64,000 bases of DNA from Camelus dromedarius. Lineage: Eukaryota. Shown in pieces: positions 11,716-26,405 of the stretch. The notes beneath the pieces are model-generated. The model ran no database searches, was not told the DNA's origin, and saw nothing but the letters and a program-made list of their open reading frames with translations. The position numbers were made by a program, and so were the translations under genes. The stretch lies in NCBI RefSeq assembly GCF_036321535.1, contig NC_087436.1, positions 45,634,001 through 45,698,000 on the forward strand. Direction: 5' to 3'. Within the stretch, counting starts at the first letter, position 1. Every line of letters starts with the position of its first letter.

Positions 11716-13653
11716 TCTTCCAGTTACTAACCTTATAAATATCAGCATATTCTAGAATAGACTTAAATCTCACAATCAGTTATAGCCTTAATATTTCAAC
11801 AAAGTTTGGAAAGACAACTAATTCACAAAATGGTTTGACAGCTTTTGTTTGTTATTTTCCAAAACATGCAAATAGGAGGGGAAAAAAATACTTCTAAAAT
11901 GATATAATGGAACAAAGGAAATTCCCAACTCCTTTCTTTTAAGCTCTCTGTCCTTAGCCTACTTATTAATTCTTTTGCCTCTGATAAATTCCTCTGCCTC
12001 ACTTTTACTTACAGTGATTAAAACTAGAGCATAAAACAAAAAGAATCTCCTGTGTATCTAGCACTAGGTAAATGCTAATCATAAGAACATTTACAATTTT
12101 CCATGAAACCTGTCAGTGTTGTGACACTGCCAGCTTTTAAAGTCCAGCCTCCAACACATGACCGAGAAAGTCTTACCTGTCCAGCTCCAGCCCACAGCTC
12201 CGGCTACGCTGCCTTGTTCACTCTCCTCCAACCTTTCTGGTATGTTTTCAGTTCTTCCAGGGAACCAGCTGCTCCTCATCCCAGGGCCAACAGTTCGTTC
12301 ACCTGCTTTTGTGGTCAGAGGGGTCTTTCTTCTGCTTGCCTCCTCCTAATTAACTCTTCCCTCTCCTCCTTCCTGTCTCGGCTTCAGTGTCGGGTCTTCA
12401 GGGACATCTGTCTGGACCCTTGCAGAGGAGGTTAGATTCCAGCATCTCACACTGTAACTGGGTATCATCACCATTCTAGTCCCCAGTTGGACTGTATGCT
12501 CTGAGGGCACCCTCATTTTATACCCAGCTCTCTGTGCCAGCCCTGCAACTAAGCAGAGTCTGTATATTTTTTTAAATGAATTAAACATAAAAATAAATGA
12601 TAAATGAAGAGAGAATGGGCCCAAGCCAGAAAACTCTTGCCGATCATCCCAGGTTACTTTTACTGGCGCTTGCCCCTCCCCCACCCCCCTCTGCTGAACC
12701 CACTTCTTTAAGCACCACTCCTCTTCATTTTCCTGAGTGATTGGGGGTTCCATAATTGAGGCCTGTGTGGAGTGGCGAAGCATGGACCATGAAGAGCTCA
12801 CACCACATCTCCTTCAGCTGTGCACCAGCCGGCAGTTTCAGCCCTAGGTGATTAATCTCTATGACACCTTTCAAGCACCCTTCATTTGTCACTCAACAAT
12901 ATGCACAATGCTTGGAACCTAAATCTTCTCATTATCTGTAATTACTCTTTGAAGCACATGAGATGTTAACAAGAATAAGTGCAAGTATCCAGCTTTGCAA
13001 TGAGAAGCCATATTTGTCAATACTGTGATGAGAAAGTCACTAAATATAGATGTGGTCATCTTAGGCTTAGCGCCAGTGCAGGAGATGACTGAATGGCACC
13101 TTTTTCCAGACTGCTGGGCCAATTGACATCAGACAATTACATCATGTTTTTATGAGTCTTCCTCCAGGAAGATCAGGGAGTATTGTTAACAGAATGTTAT
13201 CAAAAAGTGATGAGGACTGGAGGTCTAGTATCTCTCTAGTAACTATTGAGAGAGGCAGACTGAGAAAAAGAGAAGGAAAGTAAAACAGAAGATCTCTTAT
13301 CTCCCCATCCAATTGGCAGGGTCAGGGTAATATCTACAGAGCAGAGATTTCCCCAAGAATCCTATCCTCCCCCACCCCCATCCCGCTGCACTCCTTCTCA
13401 CGCAGCCCGTGGAATCCAAATTACGCTGGGATCTCACAGCTGCTCCACAGTAAACTGATTGGCACCATTTCTCTTCACACCTGTCTCCTTATCTGCTGGG
13501 GGATTTCATAAACCTGGCTCTGCCAGTGTCTCCTCATAATTTATGCAAAACACCTGCGGAAGTTTCAGCAGAGAAAGATATTTACATAAACATGGCAAAG
13601 CCCCTTTAACTCAAGGAAATTATCTTGCAAAAATGTGCCCCGATTATAAAAGA

Positions 13654-14250
13654 TGTATTCATCAGGATTCTCATTTACAAATAACAGAAACTAAACTCAA
13701 GATGGCCTAGGTTAAAAAAGGTACTGATGTCCATAGCTGGCAAGGTCAGATCAATATAGCTGGAGCTAGTTGCTAAAATGATGTCAGTGATCCACACCAC
13801 ACCACCCCCACCCCCGCTTTCTCTCCCTCCTCCTCTCTCTCTCTCCCTTCCTCTTCCTCCCTCTCCCTCTCTCACTTTTACTCCCTAAGTGCTGCATTTC
13901 TCTGTGGGATTCCATTCTGGCAGGCTATCCCCAAGGAGTGGCACAATGACACTCAGTCGCACCATCATTATGTCTTATCAGCTTAGCATCTCTAGCAAAA
14001 AGAAATAGGAGTAACTCTTTCTCAGAGTCCCAGCAGAAAGCCCAGGATTCAGTATTATTATTCTGATGGAGATCAAGGGCCCATCTCTGGACTGGCCCTT
14101 GTAAATGGGGATGGAAATGCTGCTTGGCCAGGCCTGGATCACACGGCCAAGAAATGGGCTCAGCCTCCCCTACGGTGAGAACTGGGAAAGGCTGTTGCCC
14201 AAAGGAAGAGCAAGTCGCTCTTCCAGAAGAAGGAGAAAGGACCCCCAGGC
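13654..14250 (-). mobile_element. MaLR LTR (MLT1J/K/L-like) with internal (CT)-rich tract at ~13818-13875
   Basis: 'tgtattcatcaggattctcatttacaaataacagaaactaaactcaagatggcctagg' resembles the reversed MLT1 3' end. Confidence 0.65.
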
Positions 14251-14399
14251 TGACAACAAGGCCGTGCCCATTCCAGAAGGCACAGATCCTTCTGCTTTCT
14301 AGAGGTATTTACTCACCTGCCTCACTCCTCATTTGAATTTGTGGGCCTACAGGAATCTTCCCCTTTATCAGGCTGACTGGTTCTCCTTCAACAGTAGTA

Positions 14400-14625
14400 A
14401 CAGTAGCTCCCCCTTATATGATACTGTGTGCTGTTTACATGGTTTTACTCATACATTCCTGACAGCCTCATGTGAAGTTGTTGCTGTTCTTACCCACATT
14501 TTATAGATGAGGAAACTGAAATGCAGAGAAGTAAATAATTTGCCAAGTTTACACAGCTAGTAAGTGGGGGAACGGAGGGGCAAATTCAGCAGGCTGGCTC
14601 CAATGGGTGCTAATATTCACCTTGC
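14400..14625 (-). mobile_element. MIR SINE
   Basis: 'cccacattttatagatgaggaaactgaaatgcagagaagtaaataatttgccaag...acacagctagtaagtgg'. Confidence 0.85.
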
Positions 14626-15104
14626 TGTTTTGCCTTTGTAATACAGTTTTCTTTGTTGCCATTTTATACAATTAGACTGTTTCAAGCATTGTTTCAAAAG
14701 CATGGGTGATGCCTGGAATCTTTTTCACCCCAGGTTTATACAGAATTCTAATCTCAGAGCTCAGTGACTCTGTAGTGGGTAATGGTCATTAGGATTTCTT
14801 AAAGATTTTTACATGTTGATTTTTTGACTTGATCCAAAAAAAAAAAAAAAAAACCCCATGGAAATACAGGACATCTGAAAAAAGGACCTCCTCTATAACA
14901 GTATTTCTCAAACTTATTCACGAATCACTTCACAGATTTTCTATATCCATATACCACCTCAATTATTATTTACTTGATATTTTTATTTAACTTGATCTTA
15001 AGTTGACTCGCTTTTTATTTGGCCCTGACTCCAGCCTGGAATACCTGCAATCATGGACTTGATGTCATAACTGTCCTTTCCTTAAAACATAAAAAATAAA
15101 CACC

Positions 15105-16055
15105 TGGGAAATCAAATTAAAATTACAATGAGATACCACTCATATCAACAGAAAGGGTAAAATTAAAAAGACTGACAGTAGGACAACCAAACCACTCTCT
15201 GCATTATTGGTGGAAATATAAAATGGTACAACCACTTTAGAAAAAAAAATGTTTTTTTATAAACCTAAAAAATACACCTATCCTATGACCCGACAGAATC
15301 CTACCTGAGAGAAATGAAAGTATCTTTTACACAAAAAAGACTTTCATAAGAATATTCATAGAGGCTTTATTCATAATGGCTAAAAACTGAAAATAGACAA
15401 GAAGAGAATGGATAAACAAACTGCGATCTATTCACATAATGACTATTAATCAGCAACATAAAGGAATAAACTACCAATGTATACAGAACAACAGAAATGA
15501 AGAAAAATTAGGCTGAGTGAAAGAAGTCTTACACAAAAGAGTGCACACCATGTGATTCCATTAATTGAGGTTCTAGAACAATTAAACTTATCTATGGTGA
15601 AAAAAATCAGAACAGTGGTGTCTTGGGGATGAGACGAGGACAGAAAGTAAGGATGAACAGGCATATGGGAGCTTTCTGGGGTAATAGTAATGATCAATGT
15701 TTTTACAGGAGTTTGGGTTACACAGGTGTATGTATTCATTTTGTTAAACTCAGTCAATTTTACACAGAAAAATAACTATAAACAAATATTTAATTTTCAT
15801 TAGTAACCTGCATACAGAAGAGTTTTAAGGGAAATATGCTGGTATCTGCAATACATTAAAAATAAGATGATGAAATGCATTGAAGGTAAGATGAATTGAT
15901 GGCTGCATCAAGGGCTGGACAGAGGGTTAGATATGTGATAAAGTACAGTAAAATGTTAATGGAGAATTTAGGGGGTAGGTTTACGGGTGTTCACTGTAGA
16001 AGTCTTTCCAATTGACTGCACTGGGAAAACTTCCATAATTAAATGTTGGAAGAAA
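15105..16055 (+). mobile_element. Old L1MC/L1MD 3' end, apparently inserted into a hAT MITE (~14899-15100 and ~16060-16154)
   Basis: 'gggaaatcaaattaaaattacaatgagataccac' (ORF2 end) and L1MC-type 3'UTR; flanks begin 'cagtatttctcaaac' and end 'caaacactg', like hAT termini. Confidence 0.7.
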
Positions 16056-18989
16056 AGTAAACACCCAACCATTCAAATAAACTGTCCACATAGCTGCCAC
16101 TTGAAAGGACTTCTCCTCCCTCTAGTAGTCCTTGTTCACAGCCTGCAAACACTGCTGCAGCAGAAACTTGCTTTTCTTGACATCTAGATTTGCAAAAGAA
16201 CATTTTTCCAGCTCTGTTTAAGCCTTTAAAGCTGTGGGGAAAATTTATGGTTTAGGTTCATATCCATCCCTCCACTTTTCATGTCAAAAATTACACATTT
16301 CCCCCAATTTGTTTCAATTCCAAGCTTTTCTGAAACAAAGGCACAACTGACTAAAATTTGTAAATGAGCTCTATTCTCCTTCAGAAAAGTCATAGTTTAG
16401 GAAAAGAGAGGTATTTGGCTTTTGGAAGTCTTGGTTGTTGCTCAAATATGTCTCTAATTTAAGAACATGATGGAAAAAAATCAAAGCTGACCATAATGGA
16501 ACTTGGTAAGTTTCAGAAGTGTTTGCCTGAGTTACTGTTAAAGCTCAGCAGGGAACTTTAAGCTGTAATATACAGTTATCAAATATTTGAATCCAGTAAC
16601 AACCTATATCAATAGTGATTTGGACTAAAATATTTTTGTGTGACAAATTAGTGACTGTCATTCACAAGGTTTAAATGATTGTCCTTACTCAAAAGAAATT
16701 GAGAAAGCTGGAACAGCAGAGCAAGCAATACAAAACAAGTTAGAACAGGAGATTTGGGACAAAGGCAGAATAAACAAAATGATGAGGCTTTAAGACATGA
16801 CAATTACTATCTTGATTAAGAAAAGAAAAGCACTAAAGACACCTATTCAGCAGTCTGAAAGAGTTTAAATAGCTATTAGCATAGATTAAATTTGTGGAGG
16901 AAAAAAAAAATGGCACATGGGCTTTCTACTTGCTTTTTGTATCCAAAAATTCAATGCCTGTAAAATGCAGAAATTACTCTAATTAGGCAATTATAATGAC
17001 TCAGTTTTGGAATTGTCATTCAAATGCAAGCTTCCATTTTGCATAATCTAGCATTAAAATTAATAATAAATTAATTGTTTTTAGAAAAAAAGAAACCCAC
17101 ATTGCTATTTGCTTCATATCTGTGTATATGTGTATAAGCAAACAGAAGGTAGGAATCAGATCTATGTTTTTTCTTATTAAAATATCTACATGAAAGTTAT
17201 ACTTATTAACTACCTAGATGGGGTCTACATTTAGACTAAGTAATGGTAACAAGTTTATTTGAAATTTTTAAAAAATGACAGTGATGCAAAAAAAAATTAT
17301 TGAGCAAATATTAAGACTATAAGCCTTCAATACTGCCTCCTAAGGGAAGAGGTCAAACTTCTATGACTATAACCAAAGATAGACTACAGATAGCTAAGAA
17401 AAAGGACAAGAGAAGCTCGTGCCAAGAGAACCAGAGTGAGGAAACTATGGATTCAGTCTTGATACCTACCATTTGGCAAAAACGGAAAACTTGTTTAAAC
17501 AGTGTGATGAACAGATGCACCATGAACATGGTAGAGATTACGCATAATGCAGTGATACAGATGCCAACAGCCTCACACAAAGACATATATTTTTCATGGG
17601 CTTGAAATTGATCTCTACTATGGTCCCAGGTGAGTGTGTTTTTGGCCCAACATATCTCTCAGAGCACTTTGATTTTCTTTGCATACAAAATGAATCCATC
17701 TACTGAAGCTATGCCTCTTAATTGACAAAATGAAGAGATGGAAAGGAAGCCAAGATTCTGATTAAATTAACGTATCAATTCTCTGAATAATGGAAGACCT
17801 CTTGCAAACCTCGAACAGATCACATGGTTTTCTAGGACTAGTTTTTAAAAAGTAATTGAACAATAGGACCAACTCTGACAATCCAGGCTTGAAATGAACT
17901 GCTTTAGGGTTCCTTCCTAGGCTCCCTGAGCTAGAATCACTTCCTTACCCTCTCCAGTCTCATGCCAGAGAACCTTCTCATTATCCTGACTCATTCATCC
18001 CCATCATCCCCTCTCCACTGCACACTCACTCAAGGACTTCTATCTCCAAAAACTACCTATGTACTTGAAACTAAAGAAACATTGGAGCCAATCGGAATGG
18101 GGAAGCACTGCAGGATCACCAGCAAGGAGTAAGCATCATTCAGGAGTGAAAGTAGAATGCTGGCATTGTTCCCAGTAGCCTTAATGTAGTGGGGAAGTCA
18201 GCTTCCTGCATGTCATGTGAGCAGGGGGTGTAGGGTACAGGTCCTGGTTTTGAACTACAATGTTTCCCTCTAGACATCATTCACACAGTTTGGGAACTGC
18301 ACTCACAGATCCCTGGAAGGGCCATAGGGGCCCACCTGGAGAAGATATTGAAAAGGGACATTTGACTGTTATAATTGCACTGCGTTCAGGGCCTGGAACA
18401 AAGACGAAGAATGCAATATAAAGGGTTCCTTTAGGATATCTGCCTGAGAGAAACTCTTTCTTTTCTTAAAAAACCTCACTATAATGATAGAAGAATAGAA
18501 TCTAAAGTATGAAAACCTATTTTAAGAAGATAATTCATAATTTCCTTTCTTTTCTGGAATATTTTGACAGGCATAAACCTCAAACATCAGAAACAAATTT
18601 ATCTTAACTGTGCAGACAGGATTTAAAGAAAATCAGGACCATGCCAGTTACATTGGAAAATGACAGTCTTTCCCATTGGAAAAATTGTATAAGGACAAAA
18701 TCAAAACTTAGCTTAGTGAACCATTTGTATAAAAATTATCTGGGGTTTTAATTGACCCCTGCCTAGATGCATTTTAGCATTTTTGAACTACTCAGTCTAC
18801 CCATTGGTCCTGCTGAAAGGGCTGACCAAGGTGGCCGTGTTAGTATTTTATCCATTTAATTCTCCTGTCAGTGGCTAATTGGAGCAGCGTGACCCGGGGT
18901 GAACAAACCAAAATTAAACCAAGATAATCAGATTCCTTCCACCAGGAGTTGGGAATTGGGAAACTGGATCAGCTGCATCCTGATTTATT

Positions 18990-19150
18990 TGCTGCTCAAA
19001 GTGTGATCTGTGGCCTAGCAGCATCCACATCAGCTGAGAATTTGTTTAAAATATACACTCCTTCCCTTAGACTTAACTGAATCATCCTTTGCATTTTTGA
19101 CATCTCTATGTGATTTTGTGGACATACACAAAAGTTTGAGAGATACAGAG
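18990..19150. mobile_element. MER5A-like hAT MITE, within a fragmented MaLR LTR (~18790-19540)
   Basis: 'tgctcaaagtgtgatctgtggcctagcagcatccacatcagctgagaatttgtt...aaagtttgaga'. Confidence 0.7.
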
Positions 19151-19589
19151 CTGGATGCTCGGGAGGGGAAACTTCAATAAAAGGTTTGTAGAATTTGGGC
19201 TAGGTTGGTTTCATGGCATGCTGGAGCATAGGCAAGCCAAAGTTATAAGGAAACATAAAGGACTGGAAGAGGGCATGTTGTCAGAAGAGAGCAGAGCAGA
19301 CCTGCCAAGAGAAGCAGTGACAAGAGGCCCTGGCGCAAGGGATTGAGAGAATTGTCCCAACTCCTGATATTCCTGCCCAATCCTCGGACCCAGGGATCTT
19401 TCACTTCACATCTTGGATGCATGCCCTATGACCTGTGGTGACTTTATCAGCGCAAGCAGCTCCAGTGGCGGTCTGATTTTAATCCCTGATTATTTCTATA
19501 TGAGCTTCCTGTGTGATGTAGTTTCTATCAGAACTAACAAGATTTCGGAAGCTTAGTGCAAAAGGGGAAATAAATAACTTAGTTCTCCA

Positions 19590-20070
19590 CAAGATCTGGG
19601 CTACATCTGCAGTATGGTGCTCAGTTTGGACATCTCACTTCAGAAAGGACACTGACACCCTGGAGTTAGATCTCCAAAGAGAGGCATAGTCTGAACTACA
19701 TCTGAAAGGTCTGAAAATATAATTGCAACAAAAGCAGGGCTATTTGACTTCTGGAAAAGAAGATTTTCAGGGGACATGACTTGAAAAAGGAGACAAAATT
19801 TTCCAATTATTTTAAGAATTAAATGAAGAATTGGTCTTTCTCTGACTTGATGTCAGGGTCAGCCTGCTGGATAGCTATTACGCCTCTCTATAAGGAAGAA
19901 TTTTCTTACAGCTCCAGTGGCATAACAAGCTGTCTTTTGAAGTACCAAGCTCTCTGTGACACAAGTCTTAAGTTGAAAGCTGAAGCCAAAGGGCCCTCTT
20001 CAGAGACTTGGGAGAGAAAATTCTACTTTGAGCATGGGACTAGATGACTTTTAGGATATGTTGTATCTCT
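19590..20070 (+). mobile_element. CR1/L3 LINE 3' fragment
   Basis: 'ctacatctgcagtatggtgctcagtttggacatctcacttcagaaaggacactgacaccctggag' resembles the CR1 RT C-terminal region. Confidence 0.55.
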
Positions 20071-22086
20071 AAAACGGTCCAGTTGCAGGGCTAGGATTAT
20101 AAAGGCTCCTTTCCCTCTTCTATTCATGAGTAGATGACTGACTTAGGAATCTGAGTGATCACTGAGTCCAGATTTTTCTATTTGCCTTACTATCTGAGAA
20201 CTCTGCTGAGTTTTATAACAGTTTTTGAATAAGAAAATGTTAACAATTGTGAGAATAAAAAGTCATTTGGTGTCCAAGAGACAAACTGAAAGAAATCTGA
20301 GTTTGGAATGAAAAAAGAACAAAAACTGGTTCCAAGAGTTCTAATATGGCAGAGGGTTAAGAAATTTTTAGAGGCAGAGGACTTTGAAGCTTCTGCTTTC
20401 TTGAATTTGTGATCTTTATTTCCTCTCTATTTTAATTGCTTAAAAAATTATCCCTATCAATTATCTCATGAATGCAGAAAGTATAGTTTCATTATCATTT
20501 CCGGTTCAGGGCAAGCATATGCGTGGCTGTATAAATCTGTTGAATAATTTAGCAGTTTTATAGAGAGTTTTACAAGGATACGAAAAGCAGAATTTAAAAC
20601 TGAAAGTTAAGGGGAAAACCTAGACAATGAATTGCTGAAAGTCAGATTTGTTAATAGAAGATGAAGCAAATCAAATCACCAGAACTTGAATACCCCTTCT
20701 CATTATAATTATGAACATCATTTTTTTTTTACCATCCCCAACCAGGTAATTTCTTATGAGACTCCAAATGCCAATTTTTTAAATTTTTCTATATAGTGCC
20801 TCCTAGGTTGAACACAGCCTGTCCTTCCTCATAACCTCCATTATCTCATTCCTCTTTTGTATCCCTCTACTTGCCCAAAGTGTTCAAAGTGTGTGATAAA
20901 CAGCATTCTCTGCCTCTCTTCAGGCTCTTTCGACTGTGGAGGAAAATTCCCAGCTCAGAAACATGTTAATTTGGCATACATGCTTCATGGCTTCAGGGAT
21001 CCAGAGTTCAGAAAACCCAACCCAGACAAATGCAAGGAATGTCAATAATTCTGCTTTGGAATCCATCAAGTGCTCAGTAGAATTTACAGACAATTTCTTT
21101 TTGTTCTTTTCACCTTTTTTTTTTTTTTTGTAACTGTGAAATATACATTTTTTCCACATTTTTTTGTATGACATATGGGTAGTTTACAGAGGAATAATAG
21201 TAATAGAAATACCTGTGTACCTACCACTGAGACTTACAGCTAGAACATAACCAGGACCTCAGAAGCCCTGGACACCCATCACTGCAGGCATCCTCTCCTA
21301 GTGCCAAAGAAAACTACATTTCAGAATTATTTGTCAATGACTTTTATAACTAGACCTTTCCATTTAAATTTTAAAATCAGTTTGTCAAGTTTTATTTTAA
21401 AAACAGGAGATTTTTATTAAAATTTTTTGAATCTAAATATCTGTTTGAGGAGATACACTAAGATTTCCCATCCATGAACATGGTTTACTTTCTTTAGCAT
21501 ACATCTTTCATGTCTTTTAATCAAGTTTTTAATTTTCTCCAAAATAGGCCTGGACCCTGTTAGATTTATTCATGGTTACTTCATATTTATACTACTATCG
21601 TAAGTAATATATATTTTAACTATATTTTCTAGTTAGTGTTACTGAGGTATAATGATTTTGTATCACTTCTTGCAATTTAAATGTAGATATTTTTGTGTCC
21701 TCTTTGAACAGTGTATCACCTCAAAATAATGAGTGTGTAAGTTCCTTATTTTCAAACCTTACATTTTTAAAAAAATCTTACTGTTTTGAGAATATTACTG
21801 TGCTGTCAAATTACTGTCTACAACATCTAGCTAAATGTTGAATGGAAGTGATGCTAGGCATCATTTTCCTGACTCTGATCTTCAACATTTCACCATTAAA
21901 TATAATGTTTGCTATGGGATTTTGGTAGATTTTTCTTCATCAAATTAAGGAATTTAACTTTTCTTTGTATTCTGCTAAGATTTTGTCATGAATGGATCTT
22001 GAATTTTATTAAAAACATTTCTGCATTTATTAAAGTGTTCTTCTCTTTTGATTTGTTACTTTTATACAAATTGGTTTAAATATTTA

Positions 22087-22236
22087 AACAGAATTTCAGT
22101 TATAATTGCCACTTGGTCATGATATGTTCTTTTAAATGTATTGCCAAATTCATTTGTTAATAACAGAATTTCAGTTATAATTGCCACTTGGTCATGATAT
22201 GTTCTTTTAAATATATTGCCAAATTCATTTGTTAAT
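22087..22236. repeat. 75-bp head-to-tail tandem duplication
   Basis: 22087-22161 equals 22162-22236 except g22138/a22213. Confidence 0.95.
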
Positions 22237-24732
22237 ATTTTGTTTGGATGTTTTCTATCTATACTCATAATTGAATTTGGCCTATAATTATTCTTTATTG
22301 TGCTAGATTTTACTAGCACAAGCTTTACTAGCTTTTATTTACTTTAGAAATAAAGGTTATATTAACCCCATAAGATGAGGTAGGGACCGTTTTCCTTTAA
22401 ACAAAAAAGACTGTATTTTTAGAGTAGTTTCAGGTTCACAGCAAAGTTGAAAGGAAGGTACAAGGATGTCCCATATAACTCTTGAACCTACACAGGCATA
22501 GCCTCCCCCATTATTGACATTCCCCCATCAGAATGGTGCATTTGTTACAATTAATGCAGTTACATGACACATCATAATCACCCAAAGTCCACAGTTTTCC
22601 TTATCAAAGTCTTGGTGCTGTACATTCTCTGAGTTTGGAAAAAATTTATGACATATATACATTTATAGTATTCATACAGATTATTTTAACTTTTCTAAAA
22701 AATCCTCTGTGTTCCACCTAGTCATGCCTCCCCCTTAACCGCTGGCAACCACTGATCTTTTTATTGTCTCCGAAGCTTTGCCTTTTCCAGAATGTCATAG
22801 TTAGAACCATACACGTAGCCTTTTCAGGTTGGCTTCTTTCACTTACGAATATGAATTTAAGATCTCTCCACATCTTTTCGTAGCTTTGATAGCTCACTTC
22901 TTTTTAGTGCTAAACAGTATTCCATTATCTGGATTATCAGTTTATTTATCCATTCACCCACTGAAGGACATCTTGGTTGCTTCCAAGTTTTGGCAATATT
23001 GAATAAAGCTGCTATAAACACCTATGTGTGGGTTTTTGTGTGGAGGTAAATTTTCAACTCCTTTGAGTAAATACCGTAAGGTTTATTGCTGGATCAAATG
23101 GTTTAGTTTTATAAGAAGTCACCAAACTGTCTTCCAAAGTGGCTGTATCATTTTGCATTTCCACAAGCAATGAATTAGAGTTCCTGTTTCAAATCCTTGT
23201 TAGCATTTGGTGTTGCCAGTGTTTCAGATTTTGGCCATTCTAATAGGTGTGTAGCAGCATCTCATTTTTTTAAAATGCAAATTAAAGATGACGTGGAGCA
23301 TCTTTTTAGATGCTTATTTGCCATCTGTATCTCTTCTCATTTTCCTTTTTTTTTTATTCTATGGAAGAATTTGTGTAATACAAGAATTAGCTGTATATTG
23401 AATATTTGGTTGAATCTTCCTGTTAAATCAGTTAAGATTAAATCAAGAAAGCAAACTACTTTCTTATGGAAATAAAGTATTATAGAATAAATAATTTATT
23501 ATAGAAATTAGATCTTACACACTTTCAGGGGGAACTAAGATAGTAAGTTCCAGTGAGGGGATTTGGAGGATCAGAGAAAAGTCACTGATCAGCAATCTTG
23601 ATGCAATGGAATTCATGAATGAGGTAGTTTGCAGAGAAATCTGTAAAGCCAGGCACTCTCACCTTTCATGGTAGCTGCAGCAGAGCTGGTGGGGAAGTCA
23701 ATGGAAGACTTCTGCATCTGTGTCTAATGGGGGGTCTGGGATCACTGGTCAATCAGGAAAAACAGATGAACACCAGGTAAAGGAGAAGGAGTACAATCTG
23801 TAACCTGGCAACCACCATAGGGAAGAGTAAGGACTAGCCAGTACCTGTACATATGTCTTTCACTGCATCTAACCTTGATGATAAACTGTTATCACCAAAA
23901 CAATAAAGGATGAAATTCTGGGGAACAGTTCCAGTTTACCAAGTTGGCACAATGCAAAGCTATCAAACATGAAATGCTTAGTACTTTCCTTGAAGGAAGA
24001 ATTTAAAATTTTTAAGTTTCTTTAATGGGTTTAAAACTACTCTTTCTCTGAAAGTTTGGTAAGCTGGATTTTTTCCCTAGGCAATTGTCTATTTGGCCTA
24101 AACTTAAAATTATATTTAGTTATTCATACTATTCTCTTTTTAATTGCTACCATGCCTATAGTTGTATGCTCTTTTCATCTGTAACCCTATATAATTGTTT
24201 ATTCTTTTTCCCTCTGATTAATTTTGTCCCATAGTTGTTAAATTTTTTCAAACAACTAACTTTTGGCTTTTAAAATTCTTATATTTTTTTCCTATTTTCA
24301 GTAATTTCTGCTCTTTATGATACATATCTTTGTTTACACTTTCTTTGGATTTATTCAACTTTTTTTTAACTACTTCAGTTGGGTGCTTCTTAACTAATTT
24401 TCAGTCTTTTTTCCCGTATAATTTAAGGAAATAAAGCTATAAAATTCCCTCTGTCATTTTAGTTATGTTCCATGAGTTGTGGTATATAGAATTTTCACAA
24501 TTGTTCATTTCTATGTTCTAATTTCCATTATGATTTCATCTTTGACCTTTGTTATTTAGAAGTGTTTTTCTAATTTCCAAGCAATCTCACTATCACTTAT
24601 GAGTTAACTCTAACTCAATTTTATTATGTTCAGAGAATATGGTCTACATTACTGCACTTATGTCTTGTGAAACTTCTTGAAGCTACGTTATGGATTAACA
24701 CAAACTAATGTTCATGAATTTCTATATGTTTT

Positions 24733-24794
24733 TTATATATATGTATGTATGTATGTATGTATATGTATGTGTATATATATATATATATATATAT
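24733..24794. repeat. Compound (TA)n/(TATG)n microsatellite
   Basis: Direct reading. Confidence 0.9.
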
Positions 24795-26159
24795 CTCCAA
24801 TTGTAATCATTATACTTTAAAGTCTCTATATCCTTACTAGTTTTTTTGTCTCCTAAGTTTATTAATTACCAAGAGTAGTACGGTAAAATCTGCTACTATA
24901 ATAGTGTTTTCTTCAATACTTCTTGCAAGCTGTCAATTTTTTGCTTTATATATTTGAGGCTGGGTATTAAGTGTATATGATTTTAGAATTAGACTATATT
25001 TCTGGCAAACTGAACATTTTATCATTATGAAGTAATTTTTATTTCTAGTAATGTATTTTATTATTAATCTTCACTTTCCTTTGGCTTTGGATACAGTCTT
25101 TAAGAGTGAGTAAAATGGAAAGAATATCTGCCCCACTAACATCATAGTTTGGATTAATTCTCCTTAATGAGGTCAAATAAGATAACAAACACAAAAATCT
25201 TTAGTAAATTAAAAAGCACAATGCAAATGTAAGAACTCTGGAGAAAAATACTTTAATTCCACAGATACAAAGGCTTTTTGACCTCACTGCAAACTATCAT
25301 ATATACCCACATCTATGGGACAAGGAGGTTTAAATGAGATTTGGGTATAAATGGCTTAAAAGCTTAATCATAGTCCAGTCATTCCAGTTTTTTAGATAGT
25401 ATTTCCTTATTACTGAGGCAACAGGTGAAAATATTAATAAAAGCAGGTGATGATAATGAAAAATTTTGGAAAGTTGCTATTGACAGATCAGGTGGTACTA
25501 GAACTCTAATTATGTATTTTCTTACCTACCATTAGAAGTTACCACCTGCATCTTTTGTGCTGCTGTCTCCAACTCTAACAAATTAATAAGTATTTAAAAC
25601 TAATGTCCACATTCTACAGTGTATTTCTACCTGGCTTAACAGCTGCCAACAAATGTTACATAAATATCTCACTATAAAAAAAAGGGGAGAAAAAGGGGGG
25701 TGTTAGTCTCATAAAACATGACATATTTGTCTACTGTCTGAATTATGAAGGTGAACTAAGATTTTCAGTAGAAGCCTCTTCTAAGTTTCCTGCCTTTAAA
25801 AAAAGTAGATAAAAACAAAAAATGCTTTTCCCAGTTGTATCAAGGCAGTGTTGTCTCATAATAATATGGTCATTAATTTTCTTTACCTAATGCATGAAAC
25901 TTGATAAATAAATTACTGAGTCCCAAACATGTATGTCTAAGGTAGTCATTTTAATGTAAAAAATAAAATTAAATGCTTAATCTGTCTTGATATTTATGCA
26001 TTATGCCTCTTAAAATTTTGACCCAGCAGTTTAGGACTCTGCTCTTTGCCCCGTCTTCATGTGCCATTTGCTTGGACTAGAAACAATACAAACAAGGTTA
26101 CCACAGTGTAAACTAATGCTAGGAATACAGTGGCCTCAAGAAGGGGCAAAATAATAACT

Positions 26160-26405
26160 ATTACAATACCATTTGATTGTGTGGTAAGCATTATGCTAAG
26201 TACTCGGCATGCATTATTTCATTTAAAATCACAACAATCCTCTGACAGCAGTAGTGTTACTCTCTCCAACCTACAGAGGAGGAGACTGAAGTTGAGAGAG
26301 ATTATGTAGATTGAACAAGGTAACAAAGCTAGCTAAGTGACACAACGGGATTCAAATCCAGATCTGTTGACTTCAGAGACCATCTTCTTAACCTCTACAT
26401 TCTGT
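26160..26405 (-). mobile_element. MIR SINE
   Basis: 'gcattatttcatttaaaatcacaacaatcc...acagaggaggagactgaagttgagagag...gggattcaaatccagatctg'. Confidence 0.85.

Larger units (their letters stand above)
21110..25080 (-). mobile_element. Nested old L1M fragments, with an L1MB/MC 3' end at ~22405-23335 and an LTR-like insert at ~23435-23970
   Basis: Reversed L1 ORF2 traces (ORF 22062-22319 'NYRPNSIMSIDRKHPNKILTN'); reversed 3'UTR 'tttagagtagtttcaggttcacagcaaagttgaaaggaaggtacaagg'. Confidence 0.75.
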
